Positions 8,458-18,004 of a stretch of DNA of 64,000 nucleotides are shown piece by piece; positions within the stretch are counted from its first letter, which is position 1; the number at the start of each line of letters is the position of its first letter. The notes under the pieces were generated by a model, which worked only from the letters and a program-made list of their open reading frames with translations, did not search any database and was not told the DNA's origin. Both the position numbers and the translations under genes were made by a program. Origin of the DNA: Candidatus Micrarchaeia archaeon (GTDB lineage: Archaea > Micrarchaeota > Micrarchaeia > CABMEP01). Location: positions 8,791 to 72,790 of the forward strand of contig JAVZRC010000001.1 in assembly GCA_038880755.1 (NCBI GenBank), in the 5' to 3' direction.

Positions 8458-9144
8458 TTATTGTTCTCCTTTTTCTATTCCATCACATTCTTGTCTATAA
8501 GAACAGAAATTACACATCCATCTTTTCTTTAAATCTAATTTAGCCTCTGGTTCTGGAATTTCATTGTTCTTAACAGAATGGTGTAATTTTTTGAATCTTG
8601 CAATTATCTTCTCTGCAATAGTGGGGTCGTATTCTAAGAAAAACGCCTTACTTTTTAATGTGTTCTTCTCTATATATAGTATTGCACCGTTTTTTACGCC
8701 AGTTACATGCATGTAGAATTGTAGTTGCATTACATATGATTCTGAAGGTTCTTTAAGTGTATCTAATGATTTTGTTGACTTAACCTCAACAAGGACCTTT
8801 TCCCCATTATGTTCCAATTGTATAAGATCATCAATTCTACCAATTACTTCGAATTCATCTATTTTATATTTCAAAGGCAATTCACTTTCTATAAGTTTTA
8901 CTTCAGGGTTTTTTTCACTCTTTAGAACTTCTACTATGAATGCATGAAATAGATTTCCTGCCTCAAATACTTTAGTAACTTCTGGCTCTACCGGTTTTGG
9001 TATTTTAATGTTAAACCAAGACTTTCTTAAACACTGCCCAATTTCAGAAGGGAAATATCTATTTTCTATTCTTTGTTTGACTTCCCTATGAAGATGTCTA
9101 TCTATAAGTTTGTCAAAATCTATGTATTCCACCATATATCTCAC
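8458..9144 (-). CDS. Cas4-like PD-(D/E)XK nuclease with 4-Cys cluster (stand-alone, no CRISPR nearby)
   Basis: N-terminal Cys (GQCLRK), nuclease motifs GRIDDL…VEVKS…YxxQLxxY, and a C-terminal CNFCSYRQEC cluster. Confidence 0.6.
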   Translation of the reverse strand: MRYMVEYIDFDKLIDRHLHREVKQRIENRYFPSEIGQCLRKSWFNIKIPKPVEPEVTKVFEAGNLFHAFIVEVLKSEKNPEVKLIESELPLKYKIDEFEVIGRIDDLIQLEHNGEKVLVEVKSTKSLDTLKEPSESYVMQLQFYMHVTGVKNGAILYIEKNTLKSKAFFLEYDPTIAEKIIARFKKLHHSVKNNEIPEPEAKLDLKKRWMCNFCSYRQECDGIEKGEQ

Positions 9145-9278
9145 TTATTATTTCTAACTCATCTTTATATTTGTTCCTAAAGTTAATTTCATGTGATTAT
9201 CTAAAGCTAAAAAGCGAATATTTTTATTTATTATTTCATATTATTTTATTACTATTTGATTTTCTACTCTTTTAAGTT

Positions 9279-9353
9279 GGGCCCGTAGCTCAGTTTGGCC
9301 AGAGCGTTCGGCTCTTAACCGAAAAGTCGTGGGTTCAAATCCCACCGGGCCCG
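9279..9353 (+). tRNA. tRNA-Lys (CUU)
   Basis: Cloverleaf: GGGCCCG acceptor, GCUC/GAGC D-stem, anticodon stem UUCGG/CCGAA with loop CUCUUAA, T-loop GGUUCAAAUCC. Confidence 0.85.
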
Positions 9354-9376
9354 CTTCTAAATTGAAGTTGAATTTT

Positions 9377-10303
9377 ATGAAGATTCTTGTGACAGGTGGA
9401 GCCGGATTTATAGGCTCAAATCTTGTTGATACTTTAATCAGAAAAAATCACGAAGTTATAGTTTTAGATAATCTCTCAACAGGAAAGATTGAAAATATAA
9501 ATGAAAAAGCGGTTTTTTATAATATCGATTTGAGAGACAGTTTAAAATTAAAGTCTCTTTTTGAAAAAGAAAGACCAGAGATAGTTTATCATTTAGCTGC
9601 ACAGATAAATGTAAGGAAGTCTATTAAAGATCCTTTTTATGATGAATCTGTAAACATAGCCGGTTCCTTGAATCTTTTGGAATGTTGCAAAGACTACGGT
9701 ATAAAGAGAATAATATACTCCTCATCTGGTGGGGCAGTTTATGGTGAGCCAAATAAACTACCAGCACCAGAAGAACACGAAATAAAACCACTCTCTCATT
9801 ATGGGGCATCAAAATTTGCAGTAGAGAGTTATCTTTCAGTTTATAATTCAATTTATGGGTTAGATTACATAACATTGAGATATGCAAACGTCTATGGTCC
9901 AAGGCAGGATTTTCTTGGCGAAGCAGGAGTTATCGCAATATTCATAAGAAATGCATTAATTGGAGAACCTTTAACAATATTCGGAGATGGAAACCAGACA
10001 AGGGATTTCATCTTTGTTAATGATGTAGTAAACGCAAACGTTCTTTCTCTAAATTACAGAGGAAATTTCAGAATATTCAATATAGGAACTGGAATTCCTA
10101 CCTCAATAAATCAAATAGCAAAAGAAATTGAAAAAACAATAGGAAAGAAGATCACGATAATAAGAGGAGAGGCAATAAAAGGAGAGGTCAGAGATACCTA
10201 TCTTGACATAAGTAGAGCTAAGAGAGAATTAGGTTTCTCACCTTTAGTCTCTATTTCAGAGGGAATAAGACTCACTTTTGAATGGGCAAAAAATGCGGTC
10301 TAA
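9377..10303 (+). CDS. NAD-dependent epimerase/dehydratase (UDP-glucose 4-epimerase GalE family)
   Basis: Rossmann GGAGFIGSNL, catalytic YGASKFAVE (YxxxK). Start trimmed to MKILVTGG because the ORF-track start overlaps tRNA-Lys. Confidence 0.8.
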   Translation: MKILVTGGAGFIGSNLVDTLIRKNHEVIVLDNLSTGKIENINEKAVFYNIDLRDSLKLKSLFEKERPEIVYHLAAQINVRKSIKDPFYDESVNIAGSLNLLECCKDYGIKRIIYSSSGGAVYGEPNKLPAPEEHEIKPLSHYGASKFAVESYLSVYNSIYGLDYITLRYANVYGPRQDFLGEAGVIAIFIRNALIGEPLTIFGDGNQTRDFIFVNDVVNANVLSLNYRGNFRIFNIGTGIPTSINQIAKEIEKTIGKKITIIRGEAIKGEVRDTYLDISRAKRELGFSPLVSISEGIRLTFEWAKNAV

Positions 10304-10346
10304 TAGAAACGTTAATAATAAAATACCTTTTTTTGATATCTATTTA

Positions 10347-11060
10347 ATGGCATCTTTGGCAGTTAAAGAAGAAGAGGAAAGAGAAAAGAAAAGAAGAGAG
10401 GAAGAGAAAAAGAAAAAAGAGCAGCAGTCAAAGGAAGAACTGCACCACAAGGCAGAGGCAAAGAAGGAAGCAATTGCTAAAGGAGAGATGAAAGAAATGT
10501 CTTTTGGAGAGGCAAAGCCTATCGTTGAAGTAGGATACATGAAAGTACATATAAAAGGAACACTTGCTTCTGAAAAATATGAGCCAGTTGTAAAGGAATC
10601 GCTCGCAGTAAAGCTAATAGAAGAAGAGAGGAAAAAAGAGATTGAAAAAGAGAAGGAGAGAATTACAGGGGAAATACAAAAGGCGGAAGAAAAGATCAGA
10701 CGCGAGGAAGAGGCAATAAAACAGAAAAGGGAAGAGATAAAGAAGATAGGAGAAAAAGAAATCAAAGAGAAAGAGGCAAAGATAAAAGAAAAGTTAGAGA
10801 AAGAAAAGGCGCAAGAAAGGATAAGAAAGGAAAAGGAGCAGATAAAGAAGCTTCTTGACGATGCAAGAAAGAAAGGAATGTTAGAGCCTGTAAAGGATAT
10901 TGCAAAAGAATTATTGGAAAGAGAGATAAGGAGAGGAACTCCTCCAAAGATGGCATTGCAAACAGTGATGGTAATACTGAAGAGATTGGATCTTGTTAAG
11001 ACAAAGAAAGAAAAAAAATCAATATTCGGTTTTCTTAAATCATTACTAAAGAAAAAATAA
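10347..11060 (+). CDS. K/E-rich coiled-coil protein (low complexity), hypothetical
   Basis: Long ORF dominated by the K/E/R coiled-coil heptad pattern. Start is uncertain because the track ORF overlaps the end of galE. Confidence 0.35.
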   Translation: MASLAVKEEEEREKKRREEEKKKKEQQSKEELHHKAEAKKEAIAKGEMKEMSFGEAKPIVEVGYMKVHIKGTLASEKYEPVVKESLAVKLIEEERKKEIEKEKERITGEIQKAEEKIRREEEAIKQKREEIKKIGEKEIKEKEAKIKEKLEKEKAQERIRKEKEQIKKLLDDARKKGMLEPVKDIAKELLEREIRRGTPPKMALQTVMVILKRLDLVKTKKEKKSIFGFLKSLLKKK

Positions 11061-11108
11061 TCTTTATATCCAAATCGTATTAGATGGCTATCCCCATCAA
11101 ATACGAAG

Positions 11109-11909
11109 TTGACTGGTGTTTTAATGTATTCTCAATCAAAGAAATTAAAGATCATAGAAATATATAATGAATTACTTTCAAATTATGGTAGACAAGGCTG
11201 GTGGCCTATAAAATCTTTAGCAGGAAAGAATGGCTTTGATAAAAAAGGATACCATAAGGGAATTTTCACTTACCCTAAATCAAGGGAACAAAGATTTGAG
11301 ATAGTCGTTGGAGCAATATTGACACAAAACACAAATTGGAAAAATGTTGAAAAAGCATTGGAAAACTTATTTTCTTTTAATTTAACATCTCCAGAAGCAA
11401 TATCAAGTGCGGATGAGAAAGAGCTAGCTGAAAAGATTCGCCCAGCAGGTTATTTCAATCAAAAGGCAAAAAGATTAAAGTATATATCTCTATGGTTTAT
11501 AGAAAATGATAATGAGCTCAAGAAGCTTAACAGCGAATTGATCAATTCAAAAAAAGATGCAGTCAAAATCCTTGAGGCAAGAAAGAATCTTCTTAATGTA
11601 CACGGAGTAGGTTTTGAAACTGCAGACTCTATTCTTTTATATGCTTATAATCTACCTATATTTGTGGTAGATACGTATACAAAAAGACTATTCAGAAAAG
11701 CAGGTTTGCTGAAAGCTGAGAATATGTCACATGAAAAAGAGTATCATATTATTCAAGATATGGTTCATTCAACATTTTCAGATTTATCAAACGCAGACAA
11801 ATTTAAAATTTTCAATGAGTTTCATGCTTTGATTGTAGAATGGGGTAAAAATAATTCGAAAAACAGTTTTAATTCAGATACAAAAAGAAACCTTTTTATA
11901 TATGCTTAA
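11109..11909 (+). CDS. HhH-GPD superfamily DNA glycosylase (endonuclease III / MagIII-like, no Fe-S cluster)
   Basis: Helix-hairpin-helix VHGVGFETADSILLYAYNLPIFVVDTYTKRLFRKAG. No C-terminal Cys-x6-C-x2-C-x5-C cluster. Confidence 0.65.
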   Translation: MTGVLMYSQSKKLKIIEIYNELLSNYGRQGWWPIKSLAGKNGFDKKGYHKGIFTYPKSREQRFEIVVGAILTQNTNWKNVEKALENLFSFNLTSPEAISSADEKELAEKIRPAGYFNQKAKRLKYISLWFIENDNELKKLNSELINSKKDAVKILEARKNLLNVHGVGFETADSILLYAYNLPIFVVDTYTKRLFRKAGLLKAENMSHEKEYHIIQDMVHSTFSDLSNADKFKIFNEFHALIVEWGKNNSKNSFNSDTKRNLFIYA

Positions 11910-11967
11910 AAATTTAGAAAAGAATTTAAATAACAAAACACATTATATATGAAGCATAACAAAACTA

Positions 11968-12885
11968 ATGATTAAAAATAAACACTATAAGATGTACACA
12001 GTGGGGCTAGATTGGATGGAAACCGATATTAAAGATATAAAAGAAGAGGCATTAAAAAGTCAAATCAAACTTGAGACAGAACTTCTTTATAATCCACTAG
12101 TTACTGATTATCTAAAAACTAATTTTGGTGAAAACTCAATAAAAGTAATTTCCGCTGCCATGGAAGAAATGACAGATGATGCAATCGCAGCAAGATGCAA
12201 GCTTAAAGTCGCAGAAGTAAGGGCAATACTAAATAAGCTTTACAACTATAAAATGGCAGAATATAAGCGAATAAAAGACAGAGATACCGGCTGGTTTTCA
12301 TACATATGGAAGATAGATGTATCTAATATTCTCAACATAATAAAAGAACAAACAATAAACAGAATAGAGGAGCTCGATAAAACAGTAGAAAAAATGAATA
12401 CAGAATTTGTATATTACTGTCCACAGTGTTCAAAAACAAATCTAATAAGTTTTGATCTTGCAGCTGATTTGATGTTTAGATGTCCAAATTGCGAAAATAA
12501 ACTCTTAGAGAAAGAAAGAGATTCAAAAGATAAGTATGAAAAAGAGCTTATTGAATTAAAGTCTAAACACATTTCTTTACTCGAAGATATAAGAAAGTTC
12601 GAAGAACGGAAACGCCAGGAAGAAATTAGAATAAAGGAGCTTCAGGAGAAGATGGCGGAGATGACAAAGATTGAAGAGGTATCTAGATCTAAAGCAAAGG
12701 CTAAAGGGTCAGTAAGTAAGGAGCTATCTAATAAGTCAAATAAGAAGTTAAACAAGAATTTAAACAAAAAGTCATCTATTAAAGTTAAACATCTAAAATC
12801 GAAGAAAGTACCAAAAGGCAAAAAAGTCAATATTAAAAAGAAATTAACCAAGCCTGCAAAACTGAAAGGTAAGAAAAAGAGATGA
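11968..12885 (+). CDS. tfe: transcription factor E (TFE-alpha / TFIIE-alpha homologue) with K-rich C-terminal extension
   Basis: Winged-helix N-terminus plus zinc ribbon YYCPQCSK…FRCPNCENKL. The start may be M9 (MYTVGL). Confidence 0.65.
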   Translation: MIKNKHYKMYTVGLDWMETDIKDIKEEALKSQIKLETELLYNPLVTDYLKTNFGENSIKVISAAMEEMTDDAIAARCKLKVAEVRAILNKLYNYKMAEYKRIKDRDTGWFSYIWKIDVSNILNIIKEQTINRIEELDKTVEKMNTEFVYYCPQCSKTNLISFDLAADLMFRCPNCENKLLEKERDSKDKYEKELIELKSKHISLLEDIRKFEERKRQEEIRIKELQEKMAEMTKIEEVSRSKAKAKGSVSKELSNKSNKKLNKNLNKKSSIKVKHLKSKKVPKGKKVNIKKKLTKPAKLKGKKKR

Positions 12886-13018
12886 CCTTAATGGTTTAAA
12901 TATTTTCTCATATGATATTCATTCAGTTAATATAACTCTAAAGTTTATTCAATTGTATATTTTATTTGATGATTTATTCTATTAAATTTAATTTATACTT
13001 CATATTACAGGTGAATAT

Positions 13019-13207
13019 ATGGATTATTCTGAATTTACTAAGTTTGAAATTGCAAGATTAATCGGTGCAAGAGCTCTTCAATTATCAATGGGCGCACCAC
13101 CAATGATAGAATTGCCAAATAATACATTTGAACCTTCTGCGATTGCAAAGCTGGAATTTGAAAAGGGCGTAATTCCGCTTACAGTTTATAGGCCAAATAA
13201 AAGCTAA
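13019..13207 (+). CDS. rpoK: DNA-directed RNA polymerase subunit K (Rpo6/RpoK)
   Basis: [26 protein letters not shown] is a canonical RpoK/Rpb6 motif. Confidence 0.8.
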   Translation: MDYSEFTKFEIARLIGARALQLSMGAPPMIELPNNTFEPSAIAKLEFEKGVIPLTVYRPNKS

Positions 13208-13226
13208 AATTAGATATTATTTAAAG

Positions 13227-13781
13227 GTGATTAAAATGTTGGAATTGATATTTGGTTTAGTAGTGCTTATAGTAATTATTGCTGTTTTGATATACAATAA
13301 TCTGATTGTATTGAGAAACAATATTGAAAACGCATGGGCGCAGATAGATGTGCAGTTAAAGAGAAGAGCAGACCTTATTCCTAACTTAGTAAACACAGTG
13401 AAAGGATATATGAAACACGAGAAAGAAACCCTTGAAAATGTAACAAAGGCAAGAGCTGCATTAATGTCAGCAAAAACACCAAAAGAAGCAGCACAAGCAG
13501 ACAACATGCTTTCAAACGCACTCAAGTCATTATTTGCAGTCGCAGAGAATTATCCAAATCTAAGAGCAAGTGAAAACTTCCTTAGATTACAAGAGGATCT
13601 TTCAGACACAGAAAACAAAGTGGCATATGCTAGACAGTTATATAACGACAACGTTCTTTTATATAATAGAACAATTCAAACCATTCCAAACAACATTATA
13701 GCTGGAATATTCGGTTTCAAAGAAAAGGAATACTTCAAAGCTGAAGAAGAGGCAAAGAAAGCACCAGAAGTCAAATTCTAA
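13227..13781 (+). CDS. LemA family membrane protein
   Basis: N-terminal TM followed by the LemA pattern [33 protein letters not shown]…[10 protein letters not shown]. Confidence 0.75.
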   Translation: MIKMLELIFGLVVLIVIIAVLIYNNLIVLRNNIENAWAQIDVQLKRRADLIPNLVNTVKGYMKHEKETLENVTKARAALMSAKTPKEAAQADNMLSNALKSLFAVAENYPNLRASENFLRLQEDLSDTENKVAYARQLYNDNVLLYNRTIQTIPNNIIAGIFGFKEKEYFKAEEEAKKAPEVKF

Positions 13782-13890
13782 TTTGAGTTAATTCTTTTTT
13801 TATTTTTAATTTTTTACTTTATTTTATATTTAATTTTTAAGAAAACTTTTTATCTATCCTTAAATTTATTTATTATTATATCTTTTATAA

Positions 13891-14820
13891 TTACATTGTT
13901 TCAGTAAGGATAAATATTCCACTGTTTCTTCCAACTAATTCTTCTACTTCATTAGATGCACTAAGTGATTCTGTAGGCGTTTTATAGATTCCAAAAACTG
14001 CACCACCAGAACCAGACAATAATGCACATTCAGCCCCAGCTTCCTTAAAACGTCTCTTTACTTTCTCAAGAATAGGATACATCTTGAATGCCACAAGTTC
14101 AAAATCGTTATATGCAAGATCTCCTATCACTTTCCAATTTCCTTTTTCCAGTTCTTTCTTCATTAAACACAATCTTGCCATTAATGCTTTGTCATAATTA
14201 GGACCTATTTTTTCTTTTTCTTCATCTATCATATTATAAAGAGTTCCAGTTTTAGAAGGGTATTCTATCATGTATCCATATGGTACATATATTGATACAT
14301 ATCTCTTAGGAAGAAGGTATTGCTCAACGATCTTGTCTCCATATCTTTCAGCATATGTTGCATTTCTATACATTCCCTGTGGAACATCCGCACCTATTTC
14401 TGCACCTATTTCTAACATTTCTTTTTCGCTAAGTCCTAACTTAAATCTTTCATTAATAAATTTGATTACAGGGGCCGCATCAACCGCGCTTCCACCCAAA
14501 CCGCTTGCTATAGGAATCTTTTTTTCTATATGTATTTGATATTTGATTTCATCTATCTTCAATTTTGTTCTTTCACAGATTTTAATTATAGCCTTATAAA
14601 CGCTGTTCTTTTCATTAAGTGGTATGTTTTCATTGCTTGTAAGTTGAATTCCTTTCTCTCTTGTTTCTTTCATTATCACTTCATCACATAAATCTAGAGG
14701 CTGGAAAACAGTTTTCAATAAATGATATCCTTTCTCATCTTTTCTCCCTACTTGTAAGAAAAGATTTATTTTTGCATGAGCTTTCAATGTAACAACATCT
14801 CTATCTAATTTCATTGCCAT
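13891..14820 (-). CDS. GHMP kinase, IspE-like (4-diphosphocytidyl-2-C-methyl-D-erythritol kinase family)
   Basis: N-terminal AKINLFLQVGRKDEKGYHLLKTVFQPLD matches the IspE hallmark AKLNLFL…GYH.L.T.F. ATP motif IPIASGLGGSA. Confidence 0.6.
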   Translation of the reverse strand: MAMKLDRDVVTLKAHAKINLFLQVGRKDEKGYHLLKTVFQPLDLCDEVIMKETREKGIQLTSNENIPLNEKNSVYKAIIKICERTKLKIDEIKYQIHIEKKIPIASGLGGSAVDAAPVIKFINERFKLGLSEKEMLEIGAEIGADVPQGMYRNATYAERYGDKIVEQYLLPKRYVSIYVPYGYMIEYPSKTGTLYNMIDEEKEKIGPNYDKALMARLCLMKKELEKGNWKVIGDLAYNDFELVAFKMYPILEKVKRRFKEAGAECALLSGSGGAVFGIYKTPTESLSASNEVEELVGRNSGIFILTETM

Positions 14821-14876
14821 TTTATCACTATTATAATCATTTTATTGATGTTCTTACTAATTTTTATTGATTATAA

Positions 14877-15551
14877 TTATTCCTCTATTTTCTCATCAAA
14901 TGGACCTAAAACAAATTTCTTTTTTGTAGGTTGTTTTCTTTCTTTCCCTTCCTTATCTCTTGATACTTTCTTTAGAGCTTCAAATGAATTTTTCAATTCG
15001 TTAATCTCATTTTTCAAGTTCTTTACTTCTTCTGTAAGTAGCGTTACAGGATCTACTTTCTTTTCTTTGTTAGCATCAATGTTTAGTTTTATTTCCTTTG
15101 TTATCTCTTCTGCATTTAATATGCCAGGTAAGTAAAATGTTTCATTCCCGTGTATTTTGATTATGCTTATCTTAAACAACTTATCTATTGCTGCTAAGTT
15201 ATCCTCATCACAATGCGCATCTTTTATTTCTGTATATGGGATGAATTTTTCCTTTAAAAATATCAATCCATCTGTTATTTTAATACCTTTATCTTCTATG
15301 AATAATCTTTTTCTTTTTACGATAAATGTATAAAATAGAAACGCACCCATTCCAGCTATTGCAAAAGTGATTATAAATAAAGTAAGGATAACTATCGAAT
15401 TATTTTGTCCTTTAGATAGCTCTATATTTATATTAATGGATTCAAGTAAAGAAAGTACTAAATACACTACCCCCCAAAAAACAATCAAAACAACAAGAAC
15501 TTTAGTCAAAAGTGAAAATAAATATTCTTTCGAAGCATTTATTTCTTTCAT
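14877..15551 (-). CDS. hypothetical membrane protein (two TM helices plus coiled-coil C-terminus)
   Basis: Hydrophobic segments LVVLIVFWGVVYLVLSLL and ILTLFIITFAIAGMGAFLFYTFIV. Confidence 0.4.
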   Translation of the reverse strand: MKEINASKEYLFSLLTKVLVVLIVFWGVVYLVLSLLESININIELSKGQNNSIVILTLFIITFAIAGMGAFLFYTFIVKRKRLFIEDKGIKITDGLIFLKEKFIPYTEIKDAHCDEDNLAAIDKLFKISIIKIHGNETFYLPGILNAEEITKEIKLNIDANKEKKVDPVTLLTEEVKNLKNEINELKNSFEALKKVSRDKEGKERKQPTKKKFVLGPFDEKIEE

Positions 15552-16183
15552 TCTCCCCCTTCTTTTATTTTATTATAATTAACATTATTAAATTCATAGA
15601 TGTCTTTTTCTTCAGACATCCATTTTTCTATCAACTCTTCCTTTTTTCCATTTATCATTTCACTTCCAGTTGGATCTATAAAATACCATTCATCTTTGAA
15701 TTTAAAAGATACAGCCACTTTTGTTCCATCATTTATTCCAACTACAACATAGCTATCATAATTGTCAAGTGCTATCAAGATAGAACAGAGGAAAACGGCC
15801 TTGTCCATTGGATCTCCGCCTCTTAGCTTAATAATGTCTTTTGGCATTAGCCAGAAGTCAATAGGGGTTCTAATCGTTCTTATTCTTCTTATGTATTCAT
15901 GGGCTTCTTTTGCTGCTGCAATGAAATCTCTTTCGTAGATATATGGTTTGAATTTAGATTTTATTTCCTCACTGATCCTTTTTACCTCTTCATCTTTTGT
16001 GTTTACCATTGCCTTTATATCTGCTATTGTCTTTGTTTCACTTTGTTCTATTGTAGATCTATATCTATCTATTATTAGTTCAAGAAGCTTTATCTTATCT
16101 TTAAGTATATTAATTTCGTTTCTTCTTTCTACGAACTCTTCCTGCTTCGAAATGGGTTTGAATTCATCAACCATATAACTCAA
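15548..16183 (-). CDS. hypothetical protein (possible transglutaminase-like/cysteine-protease fold)
   Basis: Pattern KAVFLCSILIAL…EWYFIDPTG. Weak. Confidence 0.35.
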   Translation of the reverse strand: MSYMVDEFKPISKQEEFVERRNEINILKDKIKLLELIIDRYRSTIEQSETKTIADIKAMVNTKDEEVKRISEEIKSKFKPYIYERDFIAAAKEAHEYIRRIRTIRTPIDFWLMPKDIIKLRGGDPMDKAVFLCSILIALDNYDSYVVVGINDGTKVAVSFKFKDEWYFIDPTGSEMINGKKEELIEKWMSEEKDIYEFNNVNYNKIKEGGE

Positions 16184-16293
16184 TTTATTCTATGATTGTG
16201 AATCTTAAAAATCTATCTTTTTAGACATTTCTAAAACTAATTTAGAATAGTTGCTTTATTAACTGCATTTTGCCCGTCTACATATGAAATCCA

Positions 16294-17169
16294 TTATACT
16301 CCAAGAGTTACTCTCAAAAGATTTCTTATTCCGGGTGCAAGACCAAATATGATTATGAGAAGATATAGAAAATATCTTTCGCTTTCATTTTCAGCCTCTC
16401 TTTCTATAATTAAAGAGGCGAAAATAGCAAAGAGCACCTTTATGAATAGATAAATTATTGTTCCATAAACAATGATTTCGCTAAAGAACCTTTCTACTAC
16501 ATGCTGGCCAAAATAACAGATTCCCTTTTCCGTGCAAAGAGGAGAAAATCTATTGAAGATCTCTATGGCCACAAAGCTTGAAACACCATCAATAGTATGT
16601 GCTGCAACTGCGATTCTTGGAAGTGTTTTATTTAATTTATATCTTTCCATTATAAGATGTGAAAAAACCATAATCATTCCTGAAAGAGCCAATATAGTTA
16701 TTAGATAAGTCGGGTCTTGAATCATACTTAATACAACAATTAAGTGAGGAAGACACAACAATATACCTATTGTAGGATAAATTTTAGGCTGTTTAAGTTT
16801 GATGCTTATATAAAGCGAAAATATCGTTATTAATCCTATAATTACATATATTCCAGGTGTGGCTGTAAGAAATCCATAGTTATATATTCCACTGTTAAGA
16901 AAGGGACCAAAAAGCCAATAGAATTGATATCCGCTCCAATCAATGCCCGCTTCTGTTGCATCTGTGATAACTCTAACAGTTGATCCCAATATTATGAATG
17001 GAATAGTATAGATAATAAGTTCTTTTGTAAAGTATTTTTTGAATTTCTTGTATACTAAAAAAGCTGCAACTATTGCAATAACTGCATAAACAAGAGTATT
17101 AATGATGTTATATCCAGTGTGTTCTATTATTGGATTAATGAAATAATCTTGGATAAAATTCTCTATCAT
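16294..17169 (-). CDS. polytopic integral membrane protein, hypothetical
   Basis: About 8 predicted hydrophobic helices across 291 aa. Confidence 0.45.
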   Translation of the reverse strand: MIENFIQDYFINPIIEHTGYNIINTLVYAVIAIVAAFLVYKKFKKYFTKELIIYTIPFIILGSTVRVITDATEAGIDWSGYQFYWLFGPFLNSGIYNYGFLTATPGIYVIIGLITIFSLYISIKLKQPKIYPTIGILLCLPHLIVVLSMIQDPTYLITILALSGMIMVFSHLIMERYKLNKTLPRIAVAAHTIDGVSSFVAIEIFNRFSPLCTEKGICYFGQHVVERFFSEIIVYGTIIYLFIKVLFAIFASLIIEREAENESERYFLYLLIIIFGLAPGIRNLLRVTLGV

Positions 17170-17208
17170 CGTATCACTAGCTTATTACTATCATTAACTA
17201 TCATTATT

Positions 17209-17997
17209 TTATATTCTTTTATACTCTACTCCATATTCGTTGCAGAATTCAATTATTTTTTTCCTTTGCTCTTGCTTTAACCCTTTCCAATCTATGTATA
17301 CATTTTCAACTTCTTCAGAACATCTTTCAAATGCCTGTGTGAATGTTGGATACTCAAGATTGTCTACTGCGTAATTTGGGATGATGTGTGCAAATGCAAT
17401 CTTTCCTTCTATCTCATGTTTGTTAAAAGCAGGGCAGTAATGCCCGCCACCGACACCTACAGAGATTTCTTTAACTTCTATTTTTTCCATGTATTCTTCA
17501 AATTCATTTATTATCTCAGCTATGAGCTCTGCATATTTGTGATTTTTCCATTCTTTTTCGCTGCTTCCGATTTCAACAAAAGCGCATGGCCTCATGCAAA
17601 ATGGACCATGATGATCAACTTCCATTGATATATTCATCTCAAGTTTCTTTTGCCTGTTTCTCTCATTAAGAAGAGTAATTATAGTTTTCATTCTTATAGG
17701 ATCGCTAAAAGAAATTTCTTTATCCTTTCCCCCCATATCAGCCTTTCCCCAATTTCCAGGAACATGAACTGTAAAAGAAGGCTTTCCGCTTTCGCTTTTA
17801 TGTTTGCTTGCAAATAAAATAAATTCATCCTCTATTTTTCTAACTAAATCATCTGAATAGAGTAAGGATTCCTTAACCTCAGTTAAATTCTTTTCAGAAA
17901 TATCTGAGTCTCCTTTTTCAATAATAGATTTTAGGCTTCTTGCTATATTAACTCCTGCTGGATCTGCTATTGAATATAAAATTTGCATTTTTCCCAT
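17209..17997 (-). CDS. dtdA: D-aminoacyl-tRNA deacylase, archaeal type (DtdA)
   Basis: N-terminal MQILYSIADPAGVNIA and the SVGVGGGHYCPAFN motif. Confidence 0.65.
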   Translation of the reverse strand: MGKMQILYSIADPAGVNIARSLKSIIEKGDSDISEKNLTEVKESLLYSDDLVRKIEDEFILFASKHKSESGKPSFTVHVPGNWGKADMGGKDKEISFSDPIRMKTIITLLNERNRQKKLEMNISMEVDHHGPFCMRPCAFVEIGSSEKEWKNHKYAELIAEIINEFEEYMEKIEVKEISVGVGGGHYCPAFNKHEIEGKIAFAHIIPNYAVDNLEYPTFTQAFERCSEEVENVYIDWKGLKQEQRKKIIEFCNEYGVEYKRI

Positions 17998-18004
17998 CTC
18001 ATTT

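Noticed and set aside
9329-9376. N-terminal 16 codons of the epimerase ORF as given in the track (MGSNPTGPASKLKLNF)
   Set aside because: This segment is the 3' half of tRNA-Lys. The real start is the downstream ATG (MKILVTGGAGF).
10340-10956. Minus-strand ORFs (141 aa, 64 aa) inside the K/E-rich gene region
   Set aside because: They are the Ser/Phe/Leu-rich antisense of a poly-K/E coding sequence and have no features of their own.
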